Made by a program: the position numbers and the translations under genes. A stretch of DNA of 64,000 bases from the NCBI GenBank assembly GCA_036172245.1, contig JAYWIR010000022.1, positions 1,860,001-1,924,000 of the forward strand. The letters are read 5' to 3'. Shown in pieces: positions 50,801 to 63,600 of this stretch; within the stretch, counting starts at the first letter, position 1; each line of letters begins with the position of its first letter. This DNA comes from Raillietiella orientalis. Taxonomy: Eukaryota. The notes beneath the pieces are model-generated. The model saw only the letters and a list, made by a program, of their open reading frames with translations, was not told where the DNA came from and made no database searches.

Positions 50801-52599
50801 AAATGAGTCATTTTTGATTACGAGTGACCATTACTAAACAATCATAAATTGTATTTAGAACGATAAAAAGAAATGAATGCTCGTATACATTTAGAATGAT
50901 TGCGTTTTTGGAAATTTTTCTTAAAGAGGAAATCCCTTTCAGAGTAGATGGAGAATGCGGCACCCGATAGCGATGATGGAGAAGCCCCCCAAACGAGGAA
51001 TGATCATGTCCAGCCATATTGTTTTCTCCGCTTCCTTATTCAGCATCCTGGTATCTGGAGTCGCTTTGGCATCAATCGCTATCGAATATCGGATACGGAT
51101 TTTTAAATTGCACCTCCCACCTGGAGTGGTTTGCTTTCAGAGAAGCGTCACTCTCAAGCAGACTCCGAAAAGCCCCCATGGGTTGAAAGGGTTGGAAGGC
51201 GTCGTGTGGTCAGTGGGAGCAGCACACGGAAAGTGAACTGTCGCGGCTGCTGTAAGAACGCTCGAGCGGGAATGACCAACGATCATTGATTTCTAGCCAA
51301 ATGCACGCGAGTTCATCAGGCATCTCATGAGAGTTAAAAGAATAAGAAGCAGCCCGTGGTAAGAATGTTTACTCGTCCTGGAATTCGTCTTTGCCAAGGG
51401 TGCTACTCTTTAATGCATTGCCGCATTTGGTACTGGTTGCCCAAGGAAGCTGTTTGGTTCTCAGATCAATTTGCGAACCGCTCCTGCTGTTAACTGCAAT
51501 GTGGACTGTTTACAGTTCGTCGAACCACTGTGGGAACAAACGAACGCTTTATCGCTGCCTATCACGATTAAACACGTTGAAAATAGGAACAAGAAGGAGA
51601 AAAGAGTTCAATCATCTGTGAAACTAATTTCTTATCGATTTGCTAGAGTTTTAATCCCATTTACACAGCCTCCTTTCCGGTAATATCATTAACTTATTAC
51701 GCTTTGCTGACTCAAATACAGCATTACCGCATTGTGATCTGCATCTCTGTGCTGTCGGCATAAAAGGCAATACTAAAAATGACCTTCCGCAGCCTCTGGT
51801 TCATTAGACTTAGCTTCCTTTCCGAAGAGCATCCTTTAAATATAACACAGAGTATTTGGAATGGGAAACAGCAACAGGGCATGTGTCAAGACCCAGGGCT
51901 CATCCGGTGAATCGCCATGTTATCTTGGGGCAATGCATTTGATAAGAAACGAATTCAACATTCTGCGATGTGTATTACGACTACAGGGATCAGCCCTTGG
52001 CTTGGTCCACACTTAGAAAAAGGGCCATTATTCCTTCTACGTAGATAATGAGCTCGCAATATTAGTGCTAGCGCTGTGCTTTGGCGCATGTGTGAGAAAG
52101 ATAGGAAGATTTCAACGGCGTCTAATTAAGAAACTGGCAACTATCTTGTGCACTAAAGAATGAAGATAACGAATTTTTGGTGCTGGCATGACTCAGGGAT
52201 CGTACCGAGAGTATTGCCAATGCACGAACATGCAGGTGCACTACATTTGGCCAGGAATTCCTGTTTGATGGACACTCGCATTTGGTTCTGGACGAATGTT
52301 GGTAGTTGATGACGTCGATTGATCAATCGGAATCTAGTCGATGGAGGTATCCGTCTAGATTTAGATGAGAAAATTTTCATGTAGATCAAGCCTTGTCTTC
52401 TTTATATCGCATGCTGAATGAGACCTCTCGTGAAGACGGAATTTGCATATCCACGTCAGGACCATTCACGTACTCGAACGCACCATCTCTTGCAACTTTC
52501 CATGAAAAACGGTGCCAGAACAGTACACGGCAGGTGGTCTGACATCTGGAGCTTGAGGCTGTCATTTAAGCGAGAGGACAGTTTTTGCAATACGGAAAA

Positions 52600-53200
52600 A
52601 GAATTTCGGTGAACAAGAAACTTGCTATCTGTTCTCTGGCGCGTGTTCTCCTGTTAAAAGTGGTCGTTGAATTCTCGAAATCATCCTCCTGTTTTCAGAA
52701 GCCGCTTCCTAGAAACTGGGCATACTCACTTGGAGACCATTGCAGAGACGGTTCAAAGATGGGCAACTTCCCACATGAGGTCCAAACCAGGAAACCATGC
52801 TCACCGGGTCGGACGCTTACAGTACCTACCTGGGCAGTCACAAACACTCATCGGGGAGGCTAACTTGGCATCCAAGCCTCCAAGTGCTCGGAAGATCCAA
52901 ATTAGAATTCAGCTCTGGACTGGATCTGGATAGGAGCTCATCAGAAAACTGACAGCAGGACTTGGAGCAGGAGTTGCTGTAAGAGGCCATTGCAGTTACA
53001 GCAGCCACAGTTCATCGTTCATCCATTTTCTGCCTGGAGACGCGCTTCGCGTCGAGAAGAGATACCATTTCCGCAGATGACCAGTCCAGTTGAGTCAGTG
53101 ATTTGTTTTTAGAAGTGCAAACTAAATTGCTCATCCACCAATGCACTCACATGGTTTCCGAGTTAGCCTTTGCCCTCCCCTGCTGAAATGTACTCATCAT
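52600..53200 (+). mobile_element. Decayed gypsy integrase relic
   Basis: IAETVQRWATSHMRSKP...GRLQYLP (cf. IxxxVxxCxxCQxxKP...GxLxxLP). Confidence 0.35.
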
Positions 53201-54449
53201 GGCAGCTGCTGCTCTCCTGTAGTGGAATTCTTTCTTCACAGTGAACGCCAAACGAAAGAACTTCAGCAGCACATCAGCAATAGTCCAAGTCGCCCGAGTG
53301 ATTCCAGTGGTAAAATGGACCTAGGGAATTAGCTGCCTGCGAAGAAATGGAAGCATTTCCACTAAGAGCTCTGGAAGAAGGAGAACTCAGACCTCCAACA
53401 TTCATCAATGGGAGGCTTCCAGGCATCAAAACCTGGTGCTTCTTGGAGGGGCATCCAAGCAGAACTCATGTCGAACATCAAAGAATGAGGCAAAAGTGCT
53501 CCGTGTTTTTTGTTTTTCCTCCTAGATGAAGTATCACAAGGAACGGTCTGTTCCTTGTGGCACTTCATTGAATCAGTTGCCAACATCGAGTCGGCTTTCA
53601 TTCTCCCAGAGCGGCAGAGAGACGTAGCCTCCCAAAGGATCAGCGGCCCAGACCCCATGGACGGTTCTTCAAACCTCGGAGCAGATCCTATGGCTTACTG
53701 GAAAACTGGCTTCTTCTTTTCCAGGTTAAGGAACAGATTTGGCCGATGACAACCCAAAGATTCTCAGGAACGGTGTCCTATTGCTTCTCCTACGAGACTC
53801 CCAAATTCGACCGTGGGAGATCTAGGGAAGGGAATGAGATTAAGGATGTGGTGAAATTCTGTGGGGGGGGAGCCTCGTCTTCTCCCTTCGTGAAGCGGTT
53901 GGTCATTCCGAAAAAAAAAAAAACCGTGGAACGGGATGCTCTCAGAGACTGCGGTTTAAATAGGTTTTCGGACAATATCGAGATACCATGTGCTCCTCGC
54001 GCGTTTCTTTCACACACCGTGCGTCTCGAGTACCATCCTCGCAGACAAAGCTGAGAGCCTCTGCCGAGACGCACGGCTTTCAAATTTTAAGTAGCCGAGT
54101 CCCTAGGGATGACTGCGGGCAGCTCTTCCAGGTGACGGTCAGGTGTTTCCTTCTTCCATTCTCTACTTGGTTTTTCCGGGGATGCCTTGGGGTTTTCAAT
54201 TGAAAACCCAAGTTCTTCCTCCAAGAAAAGAGAGAAGCTTGTGCGGATTCGCCTTGCCGTCTCTGTCGTCTGTCCTTTTCGCGTTCTTCAGAAGACCCGG
54301 AAACATAACCCCTTCGTCCTCGCTCGAGCGAGAGTAAGGATCCGCGGAAGCAAAACGGCGTATGTCAGGCTCCTTGCTTCCCAAGGTAAGCACAGCTAGG
54401 CAGAGGGCTTGTGGGACATGTGTACACGTGTCAACTCCCTAGTGCCTTT

Positions 54450-55900
54450 CCAGAGGATGAATAGGGCGATTCTTACAAATGCTCAGGAGCACCTGCATGA
54501 TCGTTTTCAGATTTGGGTTCGGGAAGATGGCTAATGGTAAGTTTGACACCAGTGAGAGGAATCTGCTTTGGAGCATTTCTTTGCCGCTGAGGATACGAAA
54601 AGGAGAAGTAGTCGAGGACCGAGGAGAGCTTCGAGTGGCGAGAGCAAGCAAACGAAGACATAAATGAAATCAGGAGAACAAAATCAGGAAGGAATGCCCA
54701 AGGACACCTTTTCGAGGGGGCGAGACAACTGGCTCAACTAGCGCCGAAGCTTCTTGCAAGAGCGCTGATGCTGATTAACACTTCGCAAAATCTGCGATCG
54801 GCACAGGATGAGCTCTGGAAAATCGCTCCAGACAGATGGAAAAGTCCTCACAGCCAGCTTTGGTTACCACGGAAGGGTGGGGGAGACAGAAACCTCCGAG
54901 ACACATGCTGCCTCCATGAAACGATCTTGCTTCAAGCTGATTGACTTGAGAAGAGGGAACAATTTAAGATGATTTTCTCCCCAGTGAGAGATTGCACACA
55001 AGAGTGGTACGGGAATCTGCGTGAGGGTCTCGAGGACTTCTTCCCTGGTCTATGCCACTTCTTTGTCCACTGTGCATCGTACACTCGTTTTAGCGATACT
55101 TCAATCTGTTTTCTTTTTCTTTTTCTTTTTTGTAAGGCTTCTCCTTTGAAGGCAATTGCGGTGAGCCGAGTTGGCCGACAACAGCATCAAGGCTTCTCCT
55201 TGACGCTGACTGTCGGCGGTGCCTCACAGAAGAAAAGGTCCGGAAGTCAGGTCGGAGAAATTACGAAATCCCTTCTCCTTGGCAGAAGGGAACGCACGCA
55301 CGGGAATGTTTCCTCGGGGGAGGACCGAGGGAGTGTGCGCAAAGATTAAAGCCAAAAAGATTCTTTCGGTACAATCTGTTTGGTGCAGGTGCCATTCTTG
55401 GACGAAGATCAAGGAATCACGGTGAGGTCACTGAGAACGTGACTCCTATGGATCCCGGAGGTCTTTGGCCGATGGGAATTGCCGATCCTTGTTTCTACGT
55501 GGAGGAAAGAAGCAGGTAATGAAGATGTAAACGAACAGTAGTGAAAATAGGGCACGCGCCAATGTTTCTCCGAATCGCACCTCGTTGCGGAAACCTTTGT
55601 CCAAGAGAAGACCCTGGAGCAAAATTGACTTGCCACTCTTATTCGTAGGATGCAAGATTTCGAAAGACATTTTTTGGGCCATTCCTATGTTTACAAAGAG
55701 GCCCCAGCAAGATGCAACCAGCTGCTCAGAGTATCTGGGAAAAGATCCCACGCTGGTCACACACTTTAAGTTCAGCCTAGTGCAAAAAGTCAACTCAATG
55801 CGTGAAGACCTTCTTCTCCCTTTCCTTGCTTCGGTGCTATCTCCGAAGAAAGTATCCCTTGCTAAGGATTCATCTGCCTTGTCGTGAAGGTGCTATGTGA
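54450..55900 (+). mobile_element. Decayed Ty3/gypsy pol relic (RT thumb to integrase core)
   Basis: GAFLCR*GY, ESFEWREQANEDINEIR (cf. FxWxxExxxAFxxLK), RRPWSKIDL...WAIPMFTKRPQ (cf. RPWSxxxID...VDxFTKWPE). Confidence 0.5.
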
Positions 55901-57899
55901 GGAACGTACTGTTCTTCCCGTTTTCGTTTCATCGCAACGCATTGAGCGCGCCATGTTGACTGTTCGCATGGCTTAATGATCCGGACTTTCCCTGGAGCTG
56001 CAGTTTGGTCCTGTTTCCAAAATCTGATTTCTTGCAAGCTCATCGCAGTCGCCTTCATAGGATAGGACTCCAATTTCTGCGGTAAACTCTGTGTCGCATC
56101 AAAGAGTTTGCCGAACGTACGCACGAATCGTACACAAGGCATTGTTTCAGCATCGTTCTCAAGTGTGGAAAATTTCCCCTCCCCAAGGCAACCTCTGAAT
56201 ACAATCCCTGCACCCTGAGAAAAGGAAAGCATTTTCTTCTCCCCCTTTGCAATGGAAGCTCCTTTTCCGGATCCCCACCACAGGTGCTCCCATTCATGTC
56301 ACAGAGAAGCTTGGGAACACTATCCGTCTATCGCTTGAAGTATCTTCTTTAATGCAGGAAGAAAAGCGAACGTACCGGAAAAGCCTCCCCAATCTCCTAA
56401 CTTTCTCTGCCACTCCAAAAACTGCTTGGCCTCTTGTTTGCCAAACCATTCACGAAGAAGTTCCTGTAGCTGTCAGGAGACATCAGAAACCGTAGGAGGC
56501 TTTCTGTGTAGTTTGTGTCACGCCTATTGGATCACGGTTTCGACTATGAATTTTCCACCAGCCGCCCTTCCGCGTGTTGGGCGAGGGAGACTTTCATGCT
56601 CCACTGAACAGTTTCTCTCCCCCTTGCTTCCATCTTGAAGTCACAAAAGAGAGGGTGCTCCATTGGCAGGCTTCGAAATGCGACATGCATACCGATGATG
56701 GTTAATGAAGCTGTTAGTAGAACCAAGAGAATCCTTCATGAAGTTGATCTGCTGAATCATCGGAGAAGCTGATCTGTTTCGGTGCCCACAAAGAGCTTTT
56801 CTGAAAGACGCTGCCAGGAGCATCCGAGTAACCACCGATGCACTTTGGTCTTAACCAAAAGACCTAGAAATGATTCTTTAGCTAACCATCTATGCGCATG
56901 TCAATGCTCTCCGATTGTGAAAGCCTCAGAAAGTCTCTGCCCAATAGCGCTATCATTCTCTCTTTCCTCGGTAGGTAAGCAGTGTTACCTATTTAATCAT
57001 TTTCTACAGTTTCCATGCCCCTAGGAACTTTCCCGTACTTTACTAAATTACTTTACTGCTCCAAAAACTTTCCGAAACTTCCCCTCATCAAAGCTTCCAA
57101 CTGCTCTTTCTAAAAATGCTCTGTGCAGCTTTTCCAGAGGAAAAATGTAATCAGTGCTGATCCTTGCATCCACACTTTACAATGGAGAACGAAGACCCAT
57201 GACTTCTGCACCAAATTTCTTGCTTCCTAATACCACGCCGACATCCCAATAGTCTTCATATGAAAAATTTCTTCGCCATCCAATTCGGAATCTTTCTTTA
57301 CGACTTGCACTTTAACCACTCTGATTGTAGCGGTAACTACCAAAGTCCTTCAGGTTTGTGTTCGGGTCTCATCTCCATATCGACTTTTCTGTGAAAGTCG
57401 TGAAGAGAAGCAGGAGTAGCAGCAAGATAAAATAATTTTTCGTTGTTTTGCATCTTGATTTGTGAGATGCAAGAAGGGACCAGGAACAATTTCTTATTAT
57501 CAATCGAGAATGTTCTGCTGTCAGGAGCCGAGGAACAAGGAATATTGTTTTATTTTCTCTCTCCATTCATAACGACCATTTTCTTGTTTTCCATCCAATG
57601 TGTCCAAAAGGGGACGAGACACACCTCGTCCCCTTTTTTCTTTTGCGTTTTGTTTTCCAGGAAGTTCTTGTCCAAAAGTCAAATTCCTAGAAGAATGGCA
57701 TTTATTCTCTTCGTGTGATACGAACTGGATGCTGCCGACGGGAGTGTCAGATGATGGCTTCGCAGGCTAGACGTGAAAGGATCACCTCTGGAGCAAATCG
57801 CTCGGCGCTGGTCCCAGCTTCTGCACACTGTAGTGGCCTGTCGATTCTGCTAAGCGCCGTGAAGATCAACGGGAAATGGATCCGACTGCCGGAACGAGA

Positions 57900-58950
57900 A
57901 TGCGATCAGTCTCCTCGCTTCCGATAAGGAGAGAAATGGGTCGACATACGAAAACGGCACTTCCGTCTCTGGGTCATGTTGACAAAGCTATGATGCACAG
58001 CAGCTTCCCCGAGTACCACGCCCTCGCTGGATAAATTCTCTCCGATATGGATAGCAGAATTGATGAAAAGTGGAATGCACTCTTCAAGGAACAAAGAGCT
58101 TTTTATTTAAATCCCGGGAGCACAGATGACTGAACTTTGTCAGAGTCAAGAAAGGAAGTCCTCGAGCGAAGGGTATGAACTCAGGATACGGTTCAACCAA
58201 TGCAAAGGAAAGAAGTTATGGCTACAGAAAGGGAGGGTTGTTAGTTGCGGCTAGCTTCCCATTCAATGCATGCAATACATGTATCGAGAATTTCGGATGC
58301 TGGAGCACACCATCTCTTTCTATAAGTGCTCGTCGTGCATGCAGCTTGACCCCTTTCATGGACCCCGAGTTCTCAGGATCCTACCATAGCGTTCCATGTG
58401 GTCGAAGAATGTGGTCTCCTGAAGGAGCAATGGAAAACCAGGTCCTGGTATTCATTCTCCTTCCTACGCCTCTCTCTCTCTGAAGATACTGTTCCTTTCT
58501 CGTAGCTTGAGACGTCCTCTCATTCTGGAACCCCAAAAAGACTGGAGCTTCGAATCGTCTCCGGTAGTGGTTGGCTGGAAGCCACCAGCTTTTACTGCTT
58601 TACGTTGCCCCTTTCATTGGGTCCACTGGATCGTCGTAACGTCTACTGGTGACAGGGGCGGAGTTTCTTACACTGTGATGGAAAATGCTTGGGAGAGGCT
58701 CCTCCCAAATTACAAATCTGCACGGTTGATCCGCGCCATTTATGGCAAGCGTCTCTTGCACGAGTAGGATGCTCAGAAGGGCCTCACGTACGGCTCGGCT
58801 ATAGGAAAATTCTACGTGTTCTTCGGCGAAGAGAAAGTGGTTCGTGGTATGATCTCGCCAAACGCAGACATGCCCTTGTTCTGACATGGATGTCTCTCTA
58901 CAAGAGAAAATCATGCTTGCTCACACTCTGGACCGTGAGCAAGTCAGAGT
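57900..58950 (+). mobile_element. Decayed gypsy RNase H / integrase relic
   Basis: EYHAL...EKWNALFKE (cf. DHxAL...RWxxxLxE), CPFHWVHW...GVSY (cf. PFxxVHxD...GxxY). Confidence 0.4.
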
Positions 58951-59949
58951 CAATTTCTGCCACATATTACAGCCGAACGTGAACTCTCCGACAATTCTTT
59001 TTGGATTCTTCCCCCCTGAAAGTGCAGTGCAGCTACAGGAGACCAAGTGCCTACTACCCGCTGTCCCCATTGATTCTTATAGCGTTTCTTGGCCTGTAAA
59101 CTTCCTGGTTATTCCACATCCCTAGGTCTCCACTTTTAGGTGCCGGCTGAGATCTTTCTGCCACCACCGAGTCTTCCGAGAGAGGTCCAGAACGCTGGTT
59201 CGACGACAAAGTTGACAGCTCACAGCGACTGTCAGTGGCAGTTGTTGCACGATCATCCGATAAGTTGACGATGCAGAGACATCCTATTGGTTGGTCAATG
59301 TGCAAACTTTTCTGATTCCCTGCTCGATAGGCTCAAGCATTTGCTGAAGAGCCGCCAGTTCTTGCTGAGAGAAGCGGAACGCTGACCATCCCTACCGCTA
59401 TCTGACTCTTGACAGTATCCGATGAGAATGTGTCCGAAAGAAGCGGTTTCCCTATTCACTTGTAGGGACGCCTGCTCGATGCGGTGAGCGAGCCTATCTC
59501 GTCCTGTTCGTAGCTGAAATAGGTGGGCGACTGACGTGGCCTAGGATTTGTAGACTCGATCGCTGCTACAGAGTATCAGCGGAGTGATGAGGGATTCGAA
59601 TTTGCTTCAGAGATCAACAGTCATGTGCGAGTCTCACAGGAGGATACGTTCTCAAAGATTCTTCGCCCGTGGCGTTTCGATCTGACCAACTTTGCGATGG
59701 TGACGAAGCGATCCTCTGAACGCCAAAATGGTAGTTCACGCTGCCCGTCAGAACCTTTGCGCCGATGAAAGGACTTTCACGGGTAGTTCAGAGCACTCGG
59801 CGTGGACTTCGAAGAAGAAAAAAAAACAATCGCAAGAAGCATCGCCTTTCGAAGAGAAAGTCGACGCGCTCGATTAGTTCGGTAACGATGACACTTCACT
59901 TTCCTCCAGTGAGTGATGGAACTAGTCGGGTTCTTCCGATGCTCATGGC

Positions 59950-60730
59950 TGAGCTCGACCTAACTTTTTGGAGCTTCAGACCTTTCCAGTCTTTGCCTCC
60001 CTCGGGAGTTGTCCCAATGGGAAGGAACCTTGTCCTGGGTCATTCTTGGGATCGTAGCGCTTTTCTGTGCCCAGATACCTGTTCTCGAGAATTTCTAGGA
60101 TCTGCTGGCTGAATCCCAAGTCAGGATATTTCGCCGACGTGTGGCGTCGTAGGGACGTGTCTCGTTGTGGGAGTCGACGTAGAAGATCCCCATGAATTTT
60201 CATGATTGTGCAATTTTGAAGTCTGACGCTGAAGGGAGGTGCAGAATCTCTGACACTGAAATCAAACCTCGGTCTCATTAAACAGCTATCGTTATTTTCG
60301 CGAGCCGCTGTGAAGAAAGCGTTTTCTCACCGAATGCCTCCCTCCAAAGAGATCGCTGTTCGCAGATGCTCTTATTTTTCGTTTTAAATGTATGACGTTC
60401 ATCCCCTGAGTTTTTACGTTTTTATCAGATCATTCTCGTTGTGTCCTCGAGGTTTTGGCCTCATAGGGAGCTTGACTTCTCGAGAAAGTTTATTAATAGC
60501 TTTTTCAATTAGGGAAGCCGAATAAAGATGCTTACTAGGGAACGCTAACAGATTGCTCTTGAAGACACACGTTCGTCCAATTACTGGAAAATCCCCCTCT
60601 CTTATAGGTTGCGCGTTTTGCTTTTTAGATGGACATTCTTCTGCTTGTTCCAACATCGACCGACGCAGCCATGACAAGTGATGCTGGTGTTTCGTACTTC
60701 TTGACGTTGACTGCAATCGAAAAGGCAAAT
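59950..60730 (-). mobile_element. Possible gypsy RNase H / integrase N-terminal relic
   Basis: KHQHHLSWLR (cf. TDHxxLxWL); DLGFSQQILEILENRY (cf. HxGxxxTxxxLxxRY). Confidence 0.3.
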
Positions 60731-62699
60731 CGAACGTCCCAGATTAGATTCTTCTCACCCTTAACTCCCCTTTGACAGGAAATAGAGCGCAACTGAAATC
60801 TCGTCTGTCGACGAAACAAAGGCATCTCTGTCGTGGCAGTAATGTCTTCCTCCGTGAAGGCATATTCTGCCTTCAGCTTTTCTGTTTCGTCTACAACGCA
60901 TTCGAAATGCTTGTAGCTTCAACTTCCCTAAAGCACCCCCTTCTTCCTTGATCCTGCATGTTTTGGAGCCATTTTCATTTTCAGCGTCACTTTCGCTCTT
61001 CTTAATACTCTTCTTTTGCTATCACTTTGCTTTCTTTCGTAACTGACAGGTCCTCCTTCTCCTAAATAAAGCATTGTCCAGCTTTACGGGAAAAAAAACA
61101 CCTCCAACATCCCTGTCAACACTCTGGAAAAGGACTGTTCTTCAAGACTGCAAACTGCGTACAACCCTGCGAACCATGCATTACTGAGCGATTTCTTCGG
61201 TTATCTTAGCAGGTATCAGAAGAAAATTTAAACAATCATCAGATAGTTCTTGTGGCTTCAGGATAGAAATTTAGGCAGTCTGCTTTTGGAGTGAGCTTTG
61301 TTTTTGTGCTGAGGCTGTCAGACTGGCGGTAGAGTGTCAACATTAGAGGCAGCAGGGTATCTTGTAGTTATCTACTTCCACTATCCGAAAGAAGGCCTGG
61401 TACACGCAGAGGGCAGGTTGAAATTCAATGGAAAGCATGGCGTCCACTGATGTCTACTTGAAACTGCTGCTCCTGACTGCGAATTTGTAAGGGTTGGCCC
61501 CTATTGTGACACTGGATTCGCGATCACCACGCTACCATAGCCTTCAGAGGAAATCTTTCATCCTCGAAGGAGATGAATCCCTGAGTTCCAGTCATATTGG
61601 TGAAACTCGAAGACTTCACAAAACACGAAAGACAGATGATGCGTCGCGGTCATTGCTGGAGTTCGCCTTCGCTCCTGTCTCGCTAGAAGGTGTGGTTCCA
61701 GATGCTGCCTAAACGGGTCGCACCGGATGACAAGGAGGACTCCAAAGCACACAGAAAGTGGTGGGCAAGTGGAAAAAAAACGAAGCGGTTGGATCTTTCG
61801 TAGGGACTTTGCCTACCCACCCTGACGGCAAGCAGAAAGCACGTAGAGTAAGTGGAACTGGATGGCTGTCCCCACGAGTACAGCAAACAAACAAACGGAT
61901 GGAGAATGCCGTGAAGAATCTGTGAAATAGAGAAAGCATCTGTGGAAAAGAGTGTAAAAAGCATCTGTGGAAGAGAGAAATCCGGAATGAAAAACTTGGA
62001 AAAGACAACGCTTCTGTAGATTCACTCCCACCCCCAAGCAATTTTTTTGCCGAAAATCATCCATTCATCTGTCATGTATGGGACTCTCCCGTATTGTCTG
62101 TGGTCATCTCTGTGTTAAGAGAAATGAACAATGGCTTTTAGGAATTTTCTTTTTCTACATGGACAGGATGAGGAAATTTTTGCTTAGGGAATTTCGAGAA
62201 TTTCTTTTCCTTTCTTTGATGAATAGTGAAGAAACTGTGTAGGGAAAAAAGGTTTAAAGAAATCCAGAATCATGTAGGTGAAAGGGAAAGTGAAGACGAC
62301 GCTACCCGAAAGTTGCAAAAAAGATGCCAAGAATTTTGGAGTAATCCAGAGAGGCCGCGTACTTTTCGTACGCTTCACTTTGAAAGTGGAATCTGAGGTG
62401 GTGCTGAAAGTCTGCTTCTTGCTGGAGGGCTCAATCCTTTCCATTCCGGCCATCAAAGTAGCTGCAGTTGCGAATTCCAAGAGGGCTTCCTAAGGAACAC
62501 CCCCGCTCACGGGGAGGACATCCCAAAGTGTTGAGTCTCTTCCTAAGCTTCTTCCATGGATGGAACCACGTTTGTGGTTGGGCCATCACCCAGAGCGAAA
62601 CCTCCTTCCTCTTACTGGCCTGAATTCGGTTGCCCAGGAAGCTCCAGTCTGATCTTCTTGATCCTCTGAGAAGAAGTACTCTTACAACAAGCTCCTTGT

Positions 62700-63600
62700 T
62701 TTTCGATAAAGTCTCTCTTCATTCTAACTGCAGCACCCTAAACGAAAGAAAATTCGAAGGAAGCGCTGACTGGAACTTAGGGCCGAAATGCACGTAGAAA
62801 TACTCGCCTACGATAATTATCACGAAGGTCAAGAGATCTCGTGGTTCAGATAGAGGCACAGTCTTCCGGAGACTATGGTAGCCAAGGTGCAAAAAGGAAC
62901 TTTTGAACTTCGAAAGGCTGGAAAGAAAGAGGTGCTTCTTCATGCTTGAAGGGAGCTGGAGAAGGCAAATAAGAAACAGGGCGAAAGCAGAGTTTGTCCG
63001 GATGCAATCAAAAGAGAGCCTGCCCCTCAAGCTTTTTCCGAGCTTTTGACCCAAAAGCTCGGAAAGCATCAGTGCAGCATCTCCAAAAGCTCTCAAGCTT
63101 TTGGAGATGCTGCATGATCTCTTGTGATTCCCATGTAAGATCTCGCGTCCTATATTCTCTTCATTCTCCTGTCCAGAAAAAACAAAAACACAGTTGAATT
63201 CCTTAGCGCTATTCTGAAGGTTTCTTTTGTCGGTGCTCCCGTGCCCACCAGATTTTTTAGTAGATGGAATTGAGAGCTCAGTGTTAGGACCTCGTCCGTC
63301 TGTATCTGGTTGCTTCCCTTATGGCACTGTGTACTGAGCGCTTCCACGTTCCGGAACCAATAAGGTTTCCTTGTCTTTGGAAAGCTGGTGCTACCGATTC
63401 TCTCCGGTGTGGGTGATCTGGATAGTCTTCTATTCTTTTTTGTTCCTCTTGCGAAACTCTGGTCTGTTCTTGAGGACGAGTTTCAAGGAAAGCAGCTCCA
63501 AAGAAAGAGTTTCGCGTCCATCTCCTTCTATGGTAGGACTTCCCAGGTTTCTTGAAGAAGCAGCTGATGGTTTCCCGACTGAAAAAAGAAAGTCAGAGAT
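62700..63600 (-). mobile_element. Decayed Ty3/gypsy RT relic
   Basis: LGSPTIEGDGR (cf. WxSP...KDG), HLFLSSLSKFKSSFLHLGYH (cf. LxLNxxKCxF...LG), DLLTFV...EYFYVHFGPKF (cf. LRxFLG..YYxxFxPxF). Confidence 0.35.
63035..63114. repeat. Two adjacent perfect hairpins
   Basis: tttccgagcttttg-acc-caaaagctcggaaa (14 bp, 63035-63065) and tgcagcatctccaaaagct-ctca-agcttttggagatgctgca (19 bp, 63073-63114). Confidence 0.95.
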
